DNA of 64,000 bases from the NCBI RefSeq assembly GCF_009914755.1, contig NC_060926.1, one strand, 5' to 3'. This DNA comes from the human T2T-CHM13v2.0 reference genome, Homo sapiens. Position 1 is the stretch's first letter. Every line of letters starts with the position of its first letter. Under the pieces are notes generated by a model. That model did not search any database, was not told where the DNA came from, and saw nothing but the letters and a program-made list of their open reading frames with translations. Positions 31,117 to 43,995 of this stretch are shown one piece after another. Position numbers and translations under genes: made by a program.

Positions 31117-32599
31117 TGCAATGACAGATAATGGAATTATTCAACTCATCCCCATTTCCAGTCCCCATGACCAAACCAAATCAGGAGAGATAAAAATCCT
31201 ATTCAGGAACTCTAAATAGCTCCAAGGAAGTCTCAGAGACTCTATCTCATACTGGATATCTCTGGGAAGCATATGAAAGTACTGCACAAAACTTAGCTGT
31301 CCACTGAATTCGGGACATAGGCCCATCTGATTCCAGAAAATTCAACCCTCTGGGTGAACCAACAAAACCTGAGTCAAATCACCAAGTGGCCCATGGCATC
31401 AGCTTACTAACTTCTACTGGACCCGGCCACATGCACGGTACGATGGGCATGGCTAAGGGCCACTCCTCTAAGATAGTGAAGATGTAGATTCTGCCTCAGT
31501 GACATTTATAGGGCTCTATTTTGGAGTGGAATTCAATACAGGAAACATTTTGGATTTAAGAATTCCATCATTCTGAGGAAAAAAAAACTAAACACTGAAT
31601 AGATTTTACTTGTTCTCAGACATGTCTACCAATAGTTACGTTCAGGAAATGTCACATTTATATATATCGTCTTAATGGTAAAATGCATGTACTTCCACTG
31701 GGTGTCTTTTTCCTATGAGTAGGAAACGTCACTACCTGTATAAGTGGTACTGTGTGCCATGGCATAATCTATTTATAAGAGGAATTCCTATCAGGAAAGG
31801 GACATATGGCAAATCCTGGAAAGAAAATTCTGACATTATTTTTTGTCTCTAAGGGTTAGTTAAATTTGTATATGTATTTTTTCTCATTTCCCCAGAATTA
31901 GAATTACATGGGTATGTAGTGGCACCTGGAAACATATGAGATTTTCTGCAAGTCTAGTTCTGATCCCACTTCCAGATGACATTTGTCATTAACTTTTAAC
32001 TGCAAATAAGGACTAAGGACACTGTAATGGTCTTGAGGCCCCCTCAGTGATTTGACGCAGTTGTCCTTCCTGGATATCCCAAACACAAGTCACCCACAGG
32101 AGAATTTTAATTGTTTTAATTATTCATATTTCATCCTGACCCTCATTCCCTAAGGGTCATCCATACTTCAGCTATGGATATCTGTCCACATTCCAAACAT
32201 ATATCTCTTATAAGTGGCCCAGTTACAATCCAACAATCCATATCAGTTAAAACATTAAGATTTAGAAATGACTTAATATGTTACTGTGTCTTAGGGTTTT
32301 TTATATTCTTAGGAAAGACTTTGGAGTTAGTTATAGTATATAGTGAGTAGAGGCTAACTAATACATTTCTAAAATTTGTCAGGCTATTATTATGGGCAGA
32401 TTAGGGGGTATCCTACATGTGTCAGGAACACATAGAATATGGGGAGAAGGAGATAACACCACTGTGTCTCTCAGATGACACTGTGCAGATTATGTTCTAC
32501 CTAACCATGAAACAAGCAGATTAATTTGGCAACACTGCAAGGAAATGTGTAATCTCTCCATCACAGTCAGTAGCAAAGCTGTCTGCCTATTCCTGTAAG

Positions 32600-33090
32600 C
32601 CAACTATGCAACTGCCTCTATTTTTCCCTTTCACTGAATTCTGGCATTCTTTCTCCATGACCTATCTCAAATATACATTCTGCTATTCTGGTAACCACCA
32701 CCCTATCTGTTCTCAATGACGACACTCTTAAAAGCCTCTGAAATAACTCTCCTGGCATCTGCCCACCCACACTTATCTCCACTTCACTAATACACTCTCC
32801 AGTAAGATCCATATTCCTCAGGCAGAAACAATGTCTTATGGTACCTGTGTAACTATTCACCATTTGTTGTCTAATATTCTGGGCACAGTGACACTTAAAC
32901 AGACATTCATTACATTTACCATGTTATATAGCAGTTTACGTGTTATCTTGTCTCTCCGTCTCTCTTTCCCACTTGAACTGTAAGTTTATATAGGGCAAGG
33001 CATATGCCTCATGCATTTCTGTATCTATAGTGACTTGCATAGCCTCCAGCATGCTGTACGAATTCATTATATTCTTATTGAATGAATGGT
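32600..33090 (+). mobile_element. L2 3' fragment
   Basis: actgtaagttt..agggcaagg...ttgaatgaat 3' end. Confidence 0.5.
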
Positions 33091-35189
33091 TGTGCTTACA
33101 TAATAATTAAGACATTCTTCTACTTTGTTTTTTGATAAATAAAATTTTAACCATTCTTTTTTCACTTTTATCAATTTTATTTCATAATGATCAATGTTTC
33201 TGTTTAAATTACATGTAATTATGTTCCAATTCATGTATCTCTTTGTGATTTTAACTATGTAGTAACAAAAATGTAATACTAAAACAAGCTAGAGGAAAGT
33301 TTAAAACTCTTAAATTCTTATTGCCCTTTCTTTTTACGCTGATTTTAGCTAAAATGGTTACTAAATGGTTATAAATTAATCTAAAATTAATACAAGAAGA
33401 GACCTCTACATCCTTTCTCATCTATATAACCAAATGAAGGCAAACACCTGTTTTACTTCCAGTTATCTTACACTCCTAATAATATCTTTTGGTCAGTTTC
33501 TAAGTTCATCCATATTTTTCAATATTAAACAAAAGCCTTGGCACTTTAAAATTTGACCCGACTAAACTCTGATTAAATATTTTTTCAAGTTCTGCAAGAG
33601 CCATATAATAGGAGCAGAGGTACGAATTTAGAAGCCGCAGGTCATGAATGAGTGTCAACAGAAATAGGGAGCAAATCCACAGAGGAAACTGCCCCCAGGA
33701 TCTCAGGAAAGCTGAATCCCTTCTCCAAATAATGACCCTGTATGCTCTAGGGGATGATCTTTGCTATTCGCCAACTGTGTGAGCAATGGCACATGGCCAG
33801 GGGCTCCCACTGTGCTGATAGATTCTGAGAGGCAGTGTAAGGAGGAAAGAAAAGGGTAAGATCTGTGATGTTGGATCATCTGTTGTGCAAATGAGCAAGA
33901 AAACCATAAACGTAATAGTTTCTTTTTTCAGACAGCTAGTTAGAGTCGATGCTGAGTACAGTGTTGGATTTTTTTTTAAACATCTCATCCTGAAGCTAAT
34001 GCTTAGAGATGTATAAATTTAATAACAGAAGGCTGGTGCCAGACGCAAAATCACATCAAAACACTTGGCGACTGGCCAACAAGTAGTGACTGCAGTGTGA
34101 TCATGTCTTTCAGAAGAGCATTCTATTAAAAGAAACATGGCAGGCCTCTTTTGGTGAGACCAAAGGTGGCATTTTTCCCCTCACTTATAGAACAGAAAAG
34201 GAAGACTGTTTTGTTTCCTAATGAGGCTATGCTGGTGAATCTTCCTTCACTAAAGGGAAGCAATTTTAGTGGAATTGTTTATCCAGTAAAATATATGCCA
34301 GTTTCATTGCACAGCTATATAAAGCATAAAAGTTAATAGCATGATGGGAAATATCATTAATGCAACTTTATTATTGTACATAATTTTATAAATTAAACTC
34401 CAATTACTTAGTAGTTTAGAGAAAATAGTGAATATACAGCAATATACAACTTGAGCTAGATAAACTACCTGGAGGTAAAACTAAAATTAAGTAAAGCAGA
34501 CATGATCAGCCATCTAGAGAATAATCAACAGATGAAAAAATACACCTGGGCTTTAATCCTACTTCCAAAACCAACTCAGTGTCTCATCTCATGCAACCCC
34601 ATGAATTTGGTTGTCTATAATATTAGATAGACAAATACTTCTTTAGAGGGAACTATAGTTGTCTACTTCTTAGATACTGTTAATTATGTCCCTTATAGTT
34701 CTTTGTAAAATGGTAATCCAATTTGTAAATGATGGATATTAATTTTTCTCACAGCTCCTCTAATGCCTGGTTCACAAAATGTCTGTCTCAAGTAAACCTC
34801 TTTGTGAAGATTTACCTGATTACCCTAGCTGAAAGCTCTCTTTCTGCTTTAAGTATAGAGGGTGTCTTGCTTCAGCTTCCCTCTGGCACTCTTCATTGTA
34901 CTATCTCCTATTATTGTTATTGATTTAATGTTTTCCCTCCGCTGCTAGAACATCAGCATACATTATTCCTAATTCATCACTCACTTAGTGACAAACATAG
35001 AGACCATCAACATTGGAACAAGAAGGAATGCCATTCTTCTTCCATCCCACCTTTGCACTGATTATACAAGAGGGAATAGACACTAGCTGGCAGTGGTTTT
35101 CTTACAGAATTAATTGCACACCGGTGTTCATTGAGGTCATGCTTGTATATGCCTAGAACTGTGCCGTTCTCATAGACAATGTATCATGT

Positions 35190-35790
35190 CATTTCCCCAC
35201 TCAAAACTTTCAGATGGCTTCTCCTTACACTAAACACACAATGCGAATCCCCTTACCTTTTCTTTCATGATCAATTCTGCATGCTCTGGTCTCTGAGGTT
35301 CCTTTTCTACGTATCCCAATCCGTTTCCTCATCCCTTGCCATGTTGCAACCGTGTTAGCTGACTTTTTGCTCTTCTAAATGGTTGGGTTTGTCCCCACCT
35401 CAGGATCATTTGCTGTTTCTCGGCATGCAAGGCATGCAACACTCTCTTCCAGATATTCATATGCTGCTGCTGATTTTTCCTTGTCCTTGTTGGTCTCTAC
35501 CGAAATGTCACTTCTAGCAGAGGCCTTCTTTTGACACTCTATTAAATCCCTACTTTATAATTTCTACCTGTTAAACTGCTTTATTTTCTCACTAGCACAC
35601 TCATTATTATTTAATTATGCTATTTATTTATTTGATCATGCTGTTGCTTTCCCTTCCTTTAGAATGCAAAAAGGATAGAGAAATTGTTTTATTCACCTCT
35701 GTATCCCAGTGCCTAGAATGGTGCCTGGCACATAGAAGCCTCTCAGTCTATTAATCTATTTTTTAAATAGATTAATAAATGAATGAATGA
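35190..35790 (+). mobile_element. L2 3' end
   Basis: tgtatcccagtgcctagaatggtgcctggcacatag...aataaatgaatgaatgaa. Confidence 0.75.
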
Positions 35791-36812
35791 ACATCAGATT
35801 CTTTTAAGCATCAAGCCTAATTATTGAAACAACAAAATCAGTGTGAATCAGCATCCCAGCAATTAGGGGTCCCAAGCTGTGTCTCATGACAATTCTTAAC
35901 ATGTTTATATTTTTTGATAAACGGGTTGCAGTTGCACTCTTAAAGTATCACCTAGATTATTTGATGACCAAAATAATGAGAATGGTATTAAAGGAGAAAT
36001 TGTGCTACATGCTAGGGAATTTAGTATTAAATTTGGCAACTAAATATCTACGATTATAGATAAATATAATATTTTCTTGAGAGATACTCAAAAAATATCT
36101 CTAACAGAATTAGCGCATGGTTGATTCAAGATTACAATATTGTTTTCAGTTCTGAAGACAGATAGGCTTCTGGGAGTCTTTTTAGGTTTAGAATCCCAGC
36201 AAGGAAAATTGAAGTTGTAAACGGTCAGGTTGTTAATGGCTTAGATTCCCTATTCATTCTTCACCTGCTCCTTACACCATAAAGTAGAACATGCATTAAC
36301 CTCATTTAAAGGTTGTCATTCAATTATGTATACTTTTAACTTTATTACTTTGAATTTCAGGACGCTTAATTTCCTTTTTTTGCACTTCCTGGTTTTTATT
36401 GTATCTGAAAGTATCACACATGGTAGTACCAGTATGTGATTCTTCCAGGATGATGGCCCTGACACTTATCTTACACTTACGACATCTCATGCTTGTGATG
36501 AGTCTCAGGCAATGTGTCACTGATAATTTAAGGTTGGATAGAGAATCTTTGAGGGATGTAAAGGAGGACTACTTTAGTCACCCATCTTATAAAGCAAATT
36601 TGAGACATTCACCCAAAGTAGATTGTACTCAATCTCACATAAACAGTTATTCCAGTTTATACCTACTTTGTTATTTCATATTTAGATCATCACATTTATA
36701 GACAGAGAAAACAAAATTGCATATCTAAGCTTGCATGGCTTCCTGGCTATCTCAGAAGGAAACAAGATTTGATCTCTCAGAACAATTGAACACACTTGAG
36801 AAGTGCCCCCAC

Positions 36813-36966
36813 CTGTCTTTAAATAGTGCATCATCAATTCCTTTCCTACGAAGCAGATCTTGTGGGCCATAGGGTGTGTCTTTGCATTTAGAGTCTGTGT
36901 CACAGAGTAGGGTCTGCAGGAATGGAAAGAATCCAGTACTAGGAAGGTTTCGAGGTGCGAGGTAAC
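36813..36966 (-). CDS. ABCA12: ABCA12 exon 3 (154 nt), (C)YLAPRNLPSTGFFPFLQTLLCDTDSKCKDTPYGPQDLLRRKGIDDALFKD(S)
   Basis: Acceptor ttttag|GT, donor AG|gtgggg; contains the ABCA-family PSxGxxPxLQ motif; phase 1 to phase 2. Confidence 0.96.
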
Positions 36967-37435
36967 CTAAAATTAAAAAAACAGTCATTACATCAGTATG
37001 GCACATTTGTCTGGGAAAGAACATAAATGCAGTAACTCCACTTTGTGAAGTTAACCTCCTGGATTACCACTCTCCGGGTCCCCCAACTGAGCCCCAACTC
37101 TGCAACTAACACTCACCACTGAGTAGGAGCAGTCTTGGAGGGTGTTATGTTTAACTTCCCTTTTCCGGATTTGCTAATACGTATAAAAACATTTAAAAAT
37201 GCCTGGTTACCCCATGAATTCCCTTCCTGGGATTTATTCTAAGGAAATACTTACAGGTAGTTGCAAGAATGTTTGCCAGAATGTTTTAAAAATAAATCAC
37301 AGTGTATCCACATGATAAAACACAAAGCAGCCAATACAAATGTTGTCAATTAATACAAAAAGTGTTTATGACACATTGTTAGTTTAAAAGAACAGATCAG
37401 AAAACAGATGAACAGAAGAGTCCTAATCTTTTAAT

Positions 37436-37440
<5 letters not shown>

Positions 37441-37476
<36 letters not shown>
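37441..37476. repeat. (CA)18 microsatellite within an old L1ME-like fragment (about 37190-37630)
   Basis: Repeat read directly; the flank resembles an L1M 3' UTR. Confidence 0.9.
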
Positions 37477-37480
<4 letters not shown>

Positions 37481-38033
37481 TGTACTAAAAAATCCAAAAG
37501 ATTGTATCACCAAAATTTGATTGATGGCTTTTTTCCTGGGTAGTGTATTTCATTTTATTTTCTTCCTTTTGACTGTATATTAACTGTGTTTTATCACAAT
37601 TTACATGTCTTCTTTTGTAATCAAAGTAGGTATAAATGCAGCCATTCTTCCAAAAACCAGGAGCTATTTTTGGTCTCTTTAAAATTTAACATTTTAATTA
37701 TCCTATATACACAACTTCTTTTTCCCGTTTAAAAACCAATAGTGAATGGTATGAATGAAAATGCAAATTTTCTCCAAAATTAAAGTCATACAAAACAGTA
37801 ATTTTCATAGTGAGGGGTTTTGTAAACTTTAACATTTCCTTTATAAAATACGATGATGGCATACACACGAGTCATGACAATAGGCAAGCTGGGAAATACA
37901 CATCTTTTCACAATTAGGTTTGCTATGAAAACACTAGATTTCTTCCTTTGGGGGAATACACAGACAATGAACTTTCAAAAAAGGCAAGTTTAGGAAAATT
38001 AAGGCTAAAAAGCAAAACTTTAATCTCCGCATG

Positions 38034-38067
<34 letters not shown>

Positions 38068-38309
38068 GAGTGCCCGTACAGGTCTGTTTTCATTTTAAAG
38101 AGAAAGGAGAAAAGTAAAAAAAGAGAGAGAGAGAAAGAGAGAATGGTAAGAGCAACATGGCCATGCATTAATCTACCAGTAGAAAGAATAAATAGGTATT
38201 TGATTCCAGTAACTTAAATGTAGTTCTGTATAAAGAAAGAGCTGGGGGAAAAAAATAAAGAAGGGAAAATATGAAAGCTTGCCAGAAGAAAAGCAAAGAG
38301 GGAAAAAGA

Positions 38310-38585
38310 GAGATTGGAGAATGCTCTACTGTTGACCTTAAAGATGGCGGAAAAAGCTGCAAGTCAAGGAATATGGGGAGCCTCTAGAACTTCTAACTAG
38401 AACAATCTAGAAGACAGCTTTTCTTCCAGAGGGTCCAGAAGGAATGCAGCCCTGCTGAGACCTTGGATTTTAGCTCGCTGAGACCAAATTCTGGGCTTCT
38501 GACCTCCAGAACTGTAAAATAATAAGTTTGTGTTGTTTTAAGACACTCAGTTTGGGGTAATTTATCACAGTAACTATAGAAAAAA
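38310..38585 (+). mobile_element. MLT1D-like MaLR LTR, 3' half
   Basis: ccagaaggaatgcagccctgctga..cttctgacctccagaactgtaa..tttgtgttgttttaag. Confidence 0.8.
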
Positions 38586-40844
38586 ATAGTTTAAAAATTA
38601 ATACCAGTATGAATGAAAGATTTGAAAACTCAGAAGAAATTGGAGAGAACTGAAGCCCACCAAACTATTCACTAGTTCCTTCCATGTGGACCCTCTTTGA
38701 CACCAGAGAGATTGGTGCCTTTCCTAATGTTAAACCTAAGTGAAAATTGCAGTGAACCAATAATAATTTCCCACAATGTTTTCACTGTATGCAATTCCCT
38801 GAATAAAATAGAGAGTAGCTGCTAAACCGCCTGTTAGCTTTTCATGTCATCCCTCCGAAACAAAATTTTACCACAGTGAACTGCATATGGCAAGACCTTT
38901 AAAAGTCTGCAGTGGAGGTTTACCATTCATGGTAATGCACTCTGTTACACAGATCTCCACTGTAACCTCTCACTTAGGGTATAGGGCTGCAAATGAATTT
39001 ATTACTACTCTCTGTCAAACACATGGAGTGGCTGATTTGAATGGAAGATAGATGGAAGGGCAACAGAAAGATGACCAGATGACCCCTCTGCTCTATGCCA
39101 CTTATCAGCATGATGGCGTGGCTGAGTCAGGCAGTACTGAAAAAAATGAGACACTCAAGAAAAGCCATATTGCAATACAAAGAGAGGGAAAGAAGGAAAA
39201 AGATGTCATGGAAAAAAGAGCTTTCGGTGACATCCAAATTACCTTTCCTGGCATTCATTACAAATTGCAAATGATTTGAGAGGAATTTGAAGGAATTTAA
39301 CCCACAACATTCTTTGGTATGATATCTACAGAGGACAAACCTAATTTATAGGAAAATTCATCACAGAGTTTCTTTAAAAATAAACTCCCATGGTGTTGAA
39401 AGTATAGACAGTCTATGCTTTGCACAGTTTTTTGATAATGGATTTTTAACATGTTACATGGGATCGTGCAAATGAGGAATTGATTCAGGCATGCACAAGT
39501 TTCAGCTAACAGAGTGCCATGCAGAGCATGGATGGCTTGCGTTATTTGTTTTGCCGTAATCTTTTAATCAAGGCCTATACCCTCATCAATGTAAGGGTGC
39601 CTGTTGCAACAACAATAACAACAGTGATTTATTAAGTATCTACTGTATCCCATGTACTGTGCTAGGCATGTAACATTTACTTATGTTATTCATCCTTCCT
39701 TGACATCTATAATATACTTTCTCATATACATGAACTTTAAATTCTGGAAATCCTCTAGAAGTAATGTCTGAATTAAATAGAATTAAATTTCCTGTAGCTT
39801 TCTTGTAAAAAAAATGATATTTTTTCCATTCTTTTCCCATCTCAGTTATGTATACAAATAAAAAGAGCAATGGTGGAATCAAACCGTTACACATTTTAAA
39901 GAGCTGCTAATTTTGACTTCAGCGCATTCTATCCTTGAAGGTGTTTCTGGCACTTTCAGTTCTGAAATTACATTCCCCTTTAAGTTCCCCAGTGCTAGGA
40001 TAAAGAAAAAAGAGAAGCCTCTCTCTTTCTTTCACGAAACTTCCATGCAGCAAGCATAGGAATTGCAAAATTAAAGCTAATAATTGAGTGTCTATGTTCC
40101 CAGCCAAAGCACAAATTTAAGGACACAAGTAAAGGAAGACCATGATTGTGCAAACCATGGCAGCCCCATACAAGTAAAAATAAAAATAAAAAAATCTCAG
40201 GCAGGGTTTTGAGATAGAGTGTTTAAGCAGGATAAAGTCCATGGTACCATGATTCCCAAAAGTCTCATCCCAGGATAACATTCATGCCCATCTCCAGGAG
40301 AAAAGCTATTGAAGAATCTGCCAATTTCATAGGGTCGAATTCAGAAGATGTCAGCATCATCTGGGAGTAGGGTGAGGTATGTGTTGGTTGGCAAAATCCT
40401 AAGCTGGTTATGGCTTAGTTTCTCAGGGGCCCCAGGCAAAGGCAGTGAGGAGCCAGCCACTCATGGGTGGAGAGAGGTCATTCTCATTGAATGGATACAG
40501 TCTACCTCATTGACACTGTCCAATCATAACACTGACACAGTCCACGTTATTTCAAGGAGTTGAATCAAACCAAACTATGAAACAATTTTGGGAACAAACC
40601 ACCAGTTAACTCAACTTTAAAGTAAATCAGATTCATTTTTCATTGCTATAAGAATGAAACTAGAATTACAAAAAGAATCAGTTCTAAGAATTTTTTAAAT
40701 GTATGCTTTGTAAATAATTGTGATATCAATGGATATATGTAATGTTTACCTCAAAGGGAGATCAATTTTGATTTTCCTTTTCCTTTCCTCTCAAAAGAAT
40801 CTATTCTGAACACTGTCAGTGTGACAGAATGTAAAGATTAGAGT

Positions 40845-41031
40845 GATGGTTCTCCAAGTTTGATCCTTGGACCAACAACATCAGTGTCACCTGGGAACTT
40901 ATTAGAAATAAAAATTTCAGATCCCACCCCAGATCTCCTTAATCAGAAACTCTGGGGATGGGGTTCATCAGTCTGTGTTTTAATAAGCTCTCTAGGTAAT
41001 TCTGATGCACAGTGAAGTTTGGGAACCACTG
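40845..41031. mobile_element. MER5A (hAT-Charlie)
   Basis: tggttctccaagt...aatcagaaactctgggg...gtttgggaaccactg. Confidence 0.85.
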
Positions 41032-41039
41032 GATTAGAC

Positions 41040-41248
41040 TGCAAAGCTTTTCATGAGAATCAGTAAATATTTTAAGCTTGTGGGCCATACTGTCTCCATT
41101 ACAATTACTGAATTTTGCAATTATAGTATGAAAGCAGCCATAGACAATGGGTGCCTCAATGAGCCTGGTTGTATTCCAATAAAACTTTATTTACAGAAAC
41201 AGGCAATAGGCTGGAATTGGCCCACAGGCTGTAGTTTGCTGACTCCTG
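41040..41248. mobile_element. MER58A (hAT-Charlie)
   Basis: gtaaatattttaagcttgtgggccatac...ccaataaaactttatttaca...gtagtttgctgactcctg. Confidence 0.85.
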
Positions 41249-43119
41249 GAAGGATAGCCTTTCTTACAGGCATCTCCCTCCTTCCCCTGCCTTGTTCACT
41301 TCCTGTTTTCACTTTCTCCCCCATCCTTCTTTTCCTCTTCCCTCATTGCATCTAATCGACTTAATTCTTTTTCCTCTACTTCTTAATGTTTTCTTCTTTC
41401 CTTTTCACTCACTACTTCCTCTTTTCGTTCAATTTCCAATTCTTCTTTTCCCTTTTCCTCCTGCTGCTGCCTTTCCTCCCTGCTCCCCTCTCTGTATTCA
41501 TTGATGCAGCCAAGAATGCAGTTGTCTCTCAATGTCTTCCTTTACTTTGTCTTTTTCACCACCATAGAAGAATTTTGACTCACTTCCGCAATAAATTCAG
41601 GAGCACATTGCTCACTGGCACTGTCTAGAGAAGTGCTATTTTCTATTTATTTTATTATTGCAGAAAGTTATGCCATGGTCTTTTCAGGAATGAAGCTACT
41701 TCCATTTGAAATCATTAGGCTCCAGAAATATTCTGTAGGCTGCCTCGGTGACATTTGTACACATTATAGCAATGGTAGAATCGGACACTTGCCACTGTTT
41801 CATTCTGTTTTTCTCAAAACAGTTCAGAAGACAACCTAGTTGGTATTTTTATATTTCCAGGTGAAAGGCATTTAGTCTTTACCCCAGTGAAGAATAGAAT
41901 GATACATTTTGGAAGGAAAATTCTGACTTTTAAAAAAAAAATATGGAGTTACTCATTTGAGAGCATTTTTTTTTTTCTTAATTTCTTTGGATACAGGGTC
42001 ACAGTGGCAGAATAAGTGTCAGGCCTTCTGATCGTGCAAATAATGTCTCCTTGTCAAGCACCACAGCAGGGACTTAACACCATATCAAGAGTACAGAATG
42101 AGAGAAGCATATCAAAAACATCAGCTGTAAACAATCAAATACCTAAATGTGAATTTTCAAAGCATAGGAAAGGAAATGAATCTTAGAAGCATATTTGTAA
42201 TAATTTATTAACGTTTTTTTTTAAATCTTCTTGTAGTTTTCAAGCACATTTTGTTCTCGGTTACACTTGAAAAGACAAGTTAAATTGTAAATGATATAAA
42301 CTTGGCCTTTCAAAGTAGTTCGTAACATTATATCAGGAGCCTGTAGATCTGTTCCTGTTCTCCTTCGCATGCACCTTTCATTTGAGGGATCAGTCTACTT
42401 ACTGAGGGGAGGTGTCCTGTCCACCACCCACCTTCAGATAAAATCAAATACACCAGTTCTTCCTGATTCCAGTCCCTCGGAATGAGGGCTTCTACACCTA
42501 TGTGGCCTAGAGTGACTTCAGCCTAGGGCTGAAAACCAATATGACTTCGAACTTGCTAATAGAGACTCTAACCTAGTAAAATTGCGTCTTTTTAAGAGAC
42601 TGGATAAAAAAATAAGCTATTTAAAAGAAAGAAAAAACCTTACATAGTTCTTAGCACAATGCTTCACACATTGTAAACAATTTTAAATATGTGAATAAAT
42701 GGGTAGCTGTAGGAACCCCTGGGGGAGTCCGAGGAAGACTGCATGACTCAAGACTCTAACCTAATATACATCGTTATGTTTATCGTTTGTAGGACAAAGA
42801 TTCAAATTGTATTCCAATGTTATAGTAAGTTCAAGGGATAATATTGTGTTATATTCACATGCCTTGTAAAATAGACAGATTTAAATGATTAATAAAATCA
42901 ATAATATTTATTGTTGTAGAGCCTTTCAGTATTGATTTTTCTGAAAATCTAACTAATACACATTGACATCCATAAATGTCAACCTCTGGATTTATTATCC
43001 ACAAAGTGAATCCATTCGCCATCTATTCAATAATATTTACTGGGCAGGTATTGTGTGCTTGGCACCAAGAAAGGTGTTAAGTAGGGTTCATTCTTCTATT
43101 TTTTAAAAAATCGTTCATC

Positions 43120-43420
43120 TTTTTTTTAAATTTTTTTATTATTATTATACTTTAAGTTTTAGGGTACATGTGCACAGTTAGTTACATATGTATACATGTG
43201 CCATGCTGGTGTGCTGCACCCATTAACTCGTCAGTCATTTAGCATTAGGTATATCTCCTAATGCTATCCCTCCCCCCTCCCCCCACCCCACAACAGTCCC
43301 CAGAGTGTGATGTTCCCCTTCCTGTGTCTATGTGTTCTCATTTTTCAATTCCCATCTATGAGTGAGAACATGCGGTGTTTGTTTTTTTGTCCTTGTGATA
43401 GTTTACTGAGAATGATGATT
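43120..43420 (-). mobile_element. Young 5'-truncated L1PA (L1PA2/3-like) 3' UTR with TSD
   Basis: ttattatactttaagttttagggtacatgtgcaca...; TSD aaaaatcgttcatctt (43106-43121) / aaaaattgttcatctt (43421-43436). Confidence 0.92.
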
Positions 43421-43641
43421 AAAAATTGTTCATCTTAACAGTTAAAAAATATTACTCTGGGTTATTATGGAAAGACAGAAAAAAGAGAGAGTATGTGAAT
43501 CTGGTTTACAAGGTCATCACAGTTTTATTAAGTAAAATGCATATAGAAATCATTTGTTTTCCTGAACTGCCAGAAATATTGTGTACTAAAAAGTGTATGT
43601 TTGAAAACAAACAAAAGACATTGGTTAAAAAATAAACCTTC

Positions 43642-43995
43642 GGCTAGGAGCAGAGGCTCACACCTATACTCTCGCACTTTGGGATGCCAAGACGGATGGA
43701 TTGCTTAAGCCCAGCAGTTCGAGACAAAGCCTGGGCAACATGGCGAAACCCTGTTTCTACAAAAAATACACACTCAAGAAAACCCACAAACTATCTCGGC
43801 ATGCTGGTATGTGCCTGCAGTCCCACCTACTCCAGAGGCTGAGGTAGGAGGATCGCTTGAGCTCAGGAGTTCAAGGCTGCAGTGAGCCATGATCATGCCA
43901 CAACACTCCAGCCTGGGCAACAGAGTGAGATCCTGTCTCAAATAAAATAAAATAAAATAAAATAAAATAAAATAAAATAAAATAAAATAAAATAA
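43642..43995 (+). mobile_element. AluJ with (TAAAA)n tail
   Basis: ggaggatcgcttgagctcaggagttcaaggctgcag; TSD aaaaataaaccttc / aaaaataaatcttc. Confidence 0.9.

Noticed and set aside
35422-35439. ggcatgcaa repeated twice as a possible p63/p53 site
   Set aside because: The CATG cores are 9 nt apart rather than 10, and the site lies in an L2 relic.
41270-41500. Long pyrimidine-rich tract and overlapping F/L/P-rich ORFs
   Set aside because: Low-complexity sequence; no clear mirror repeat or coding signal.
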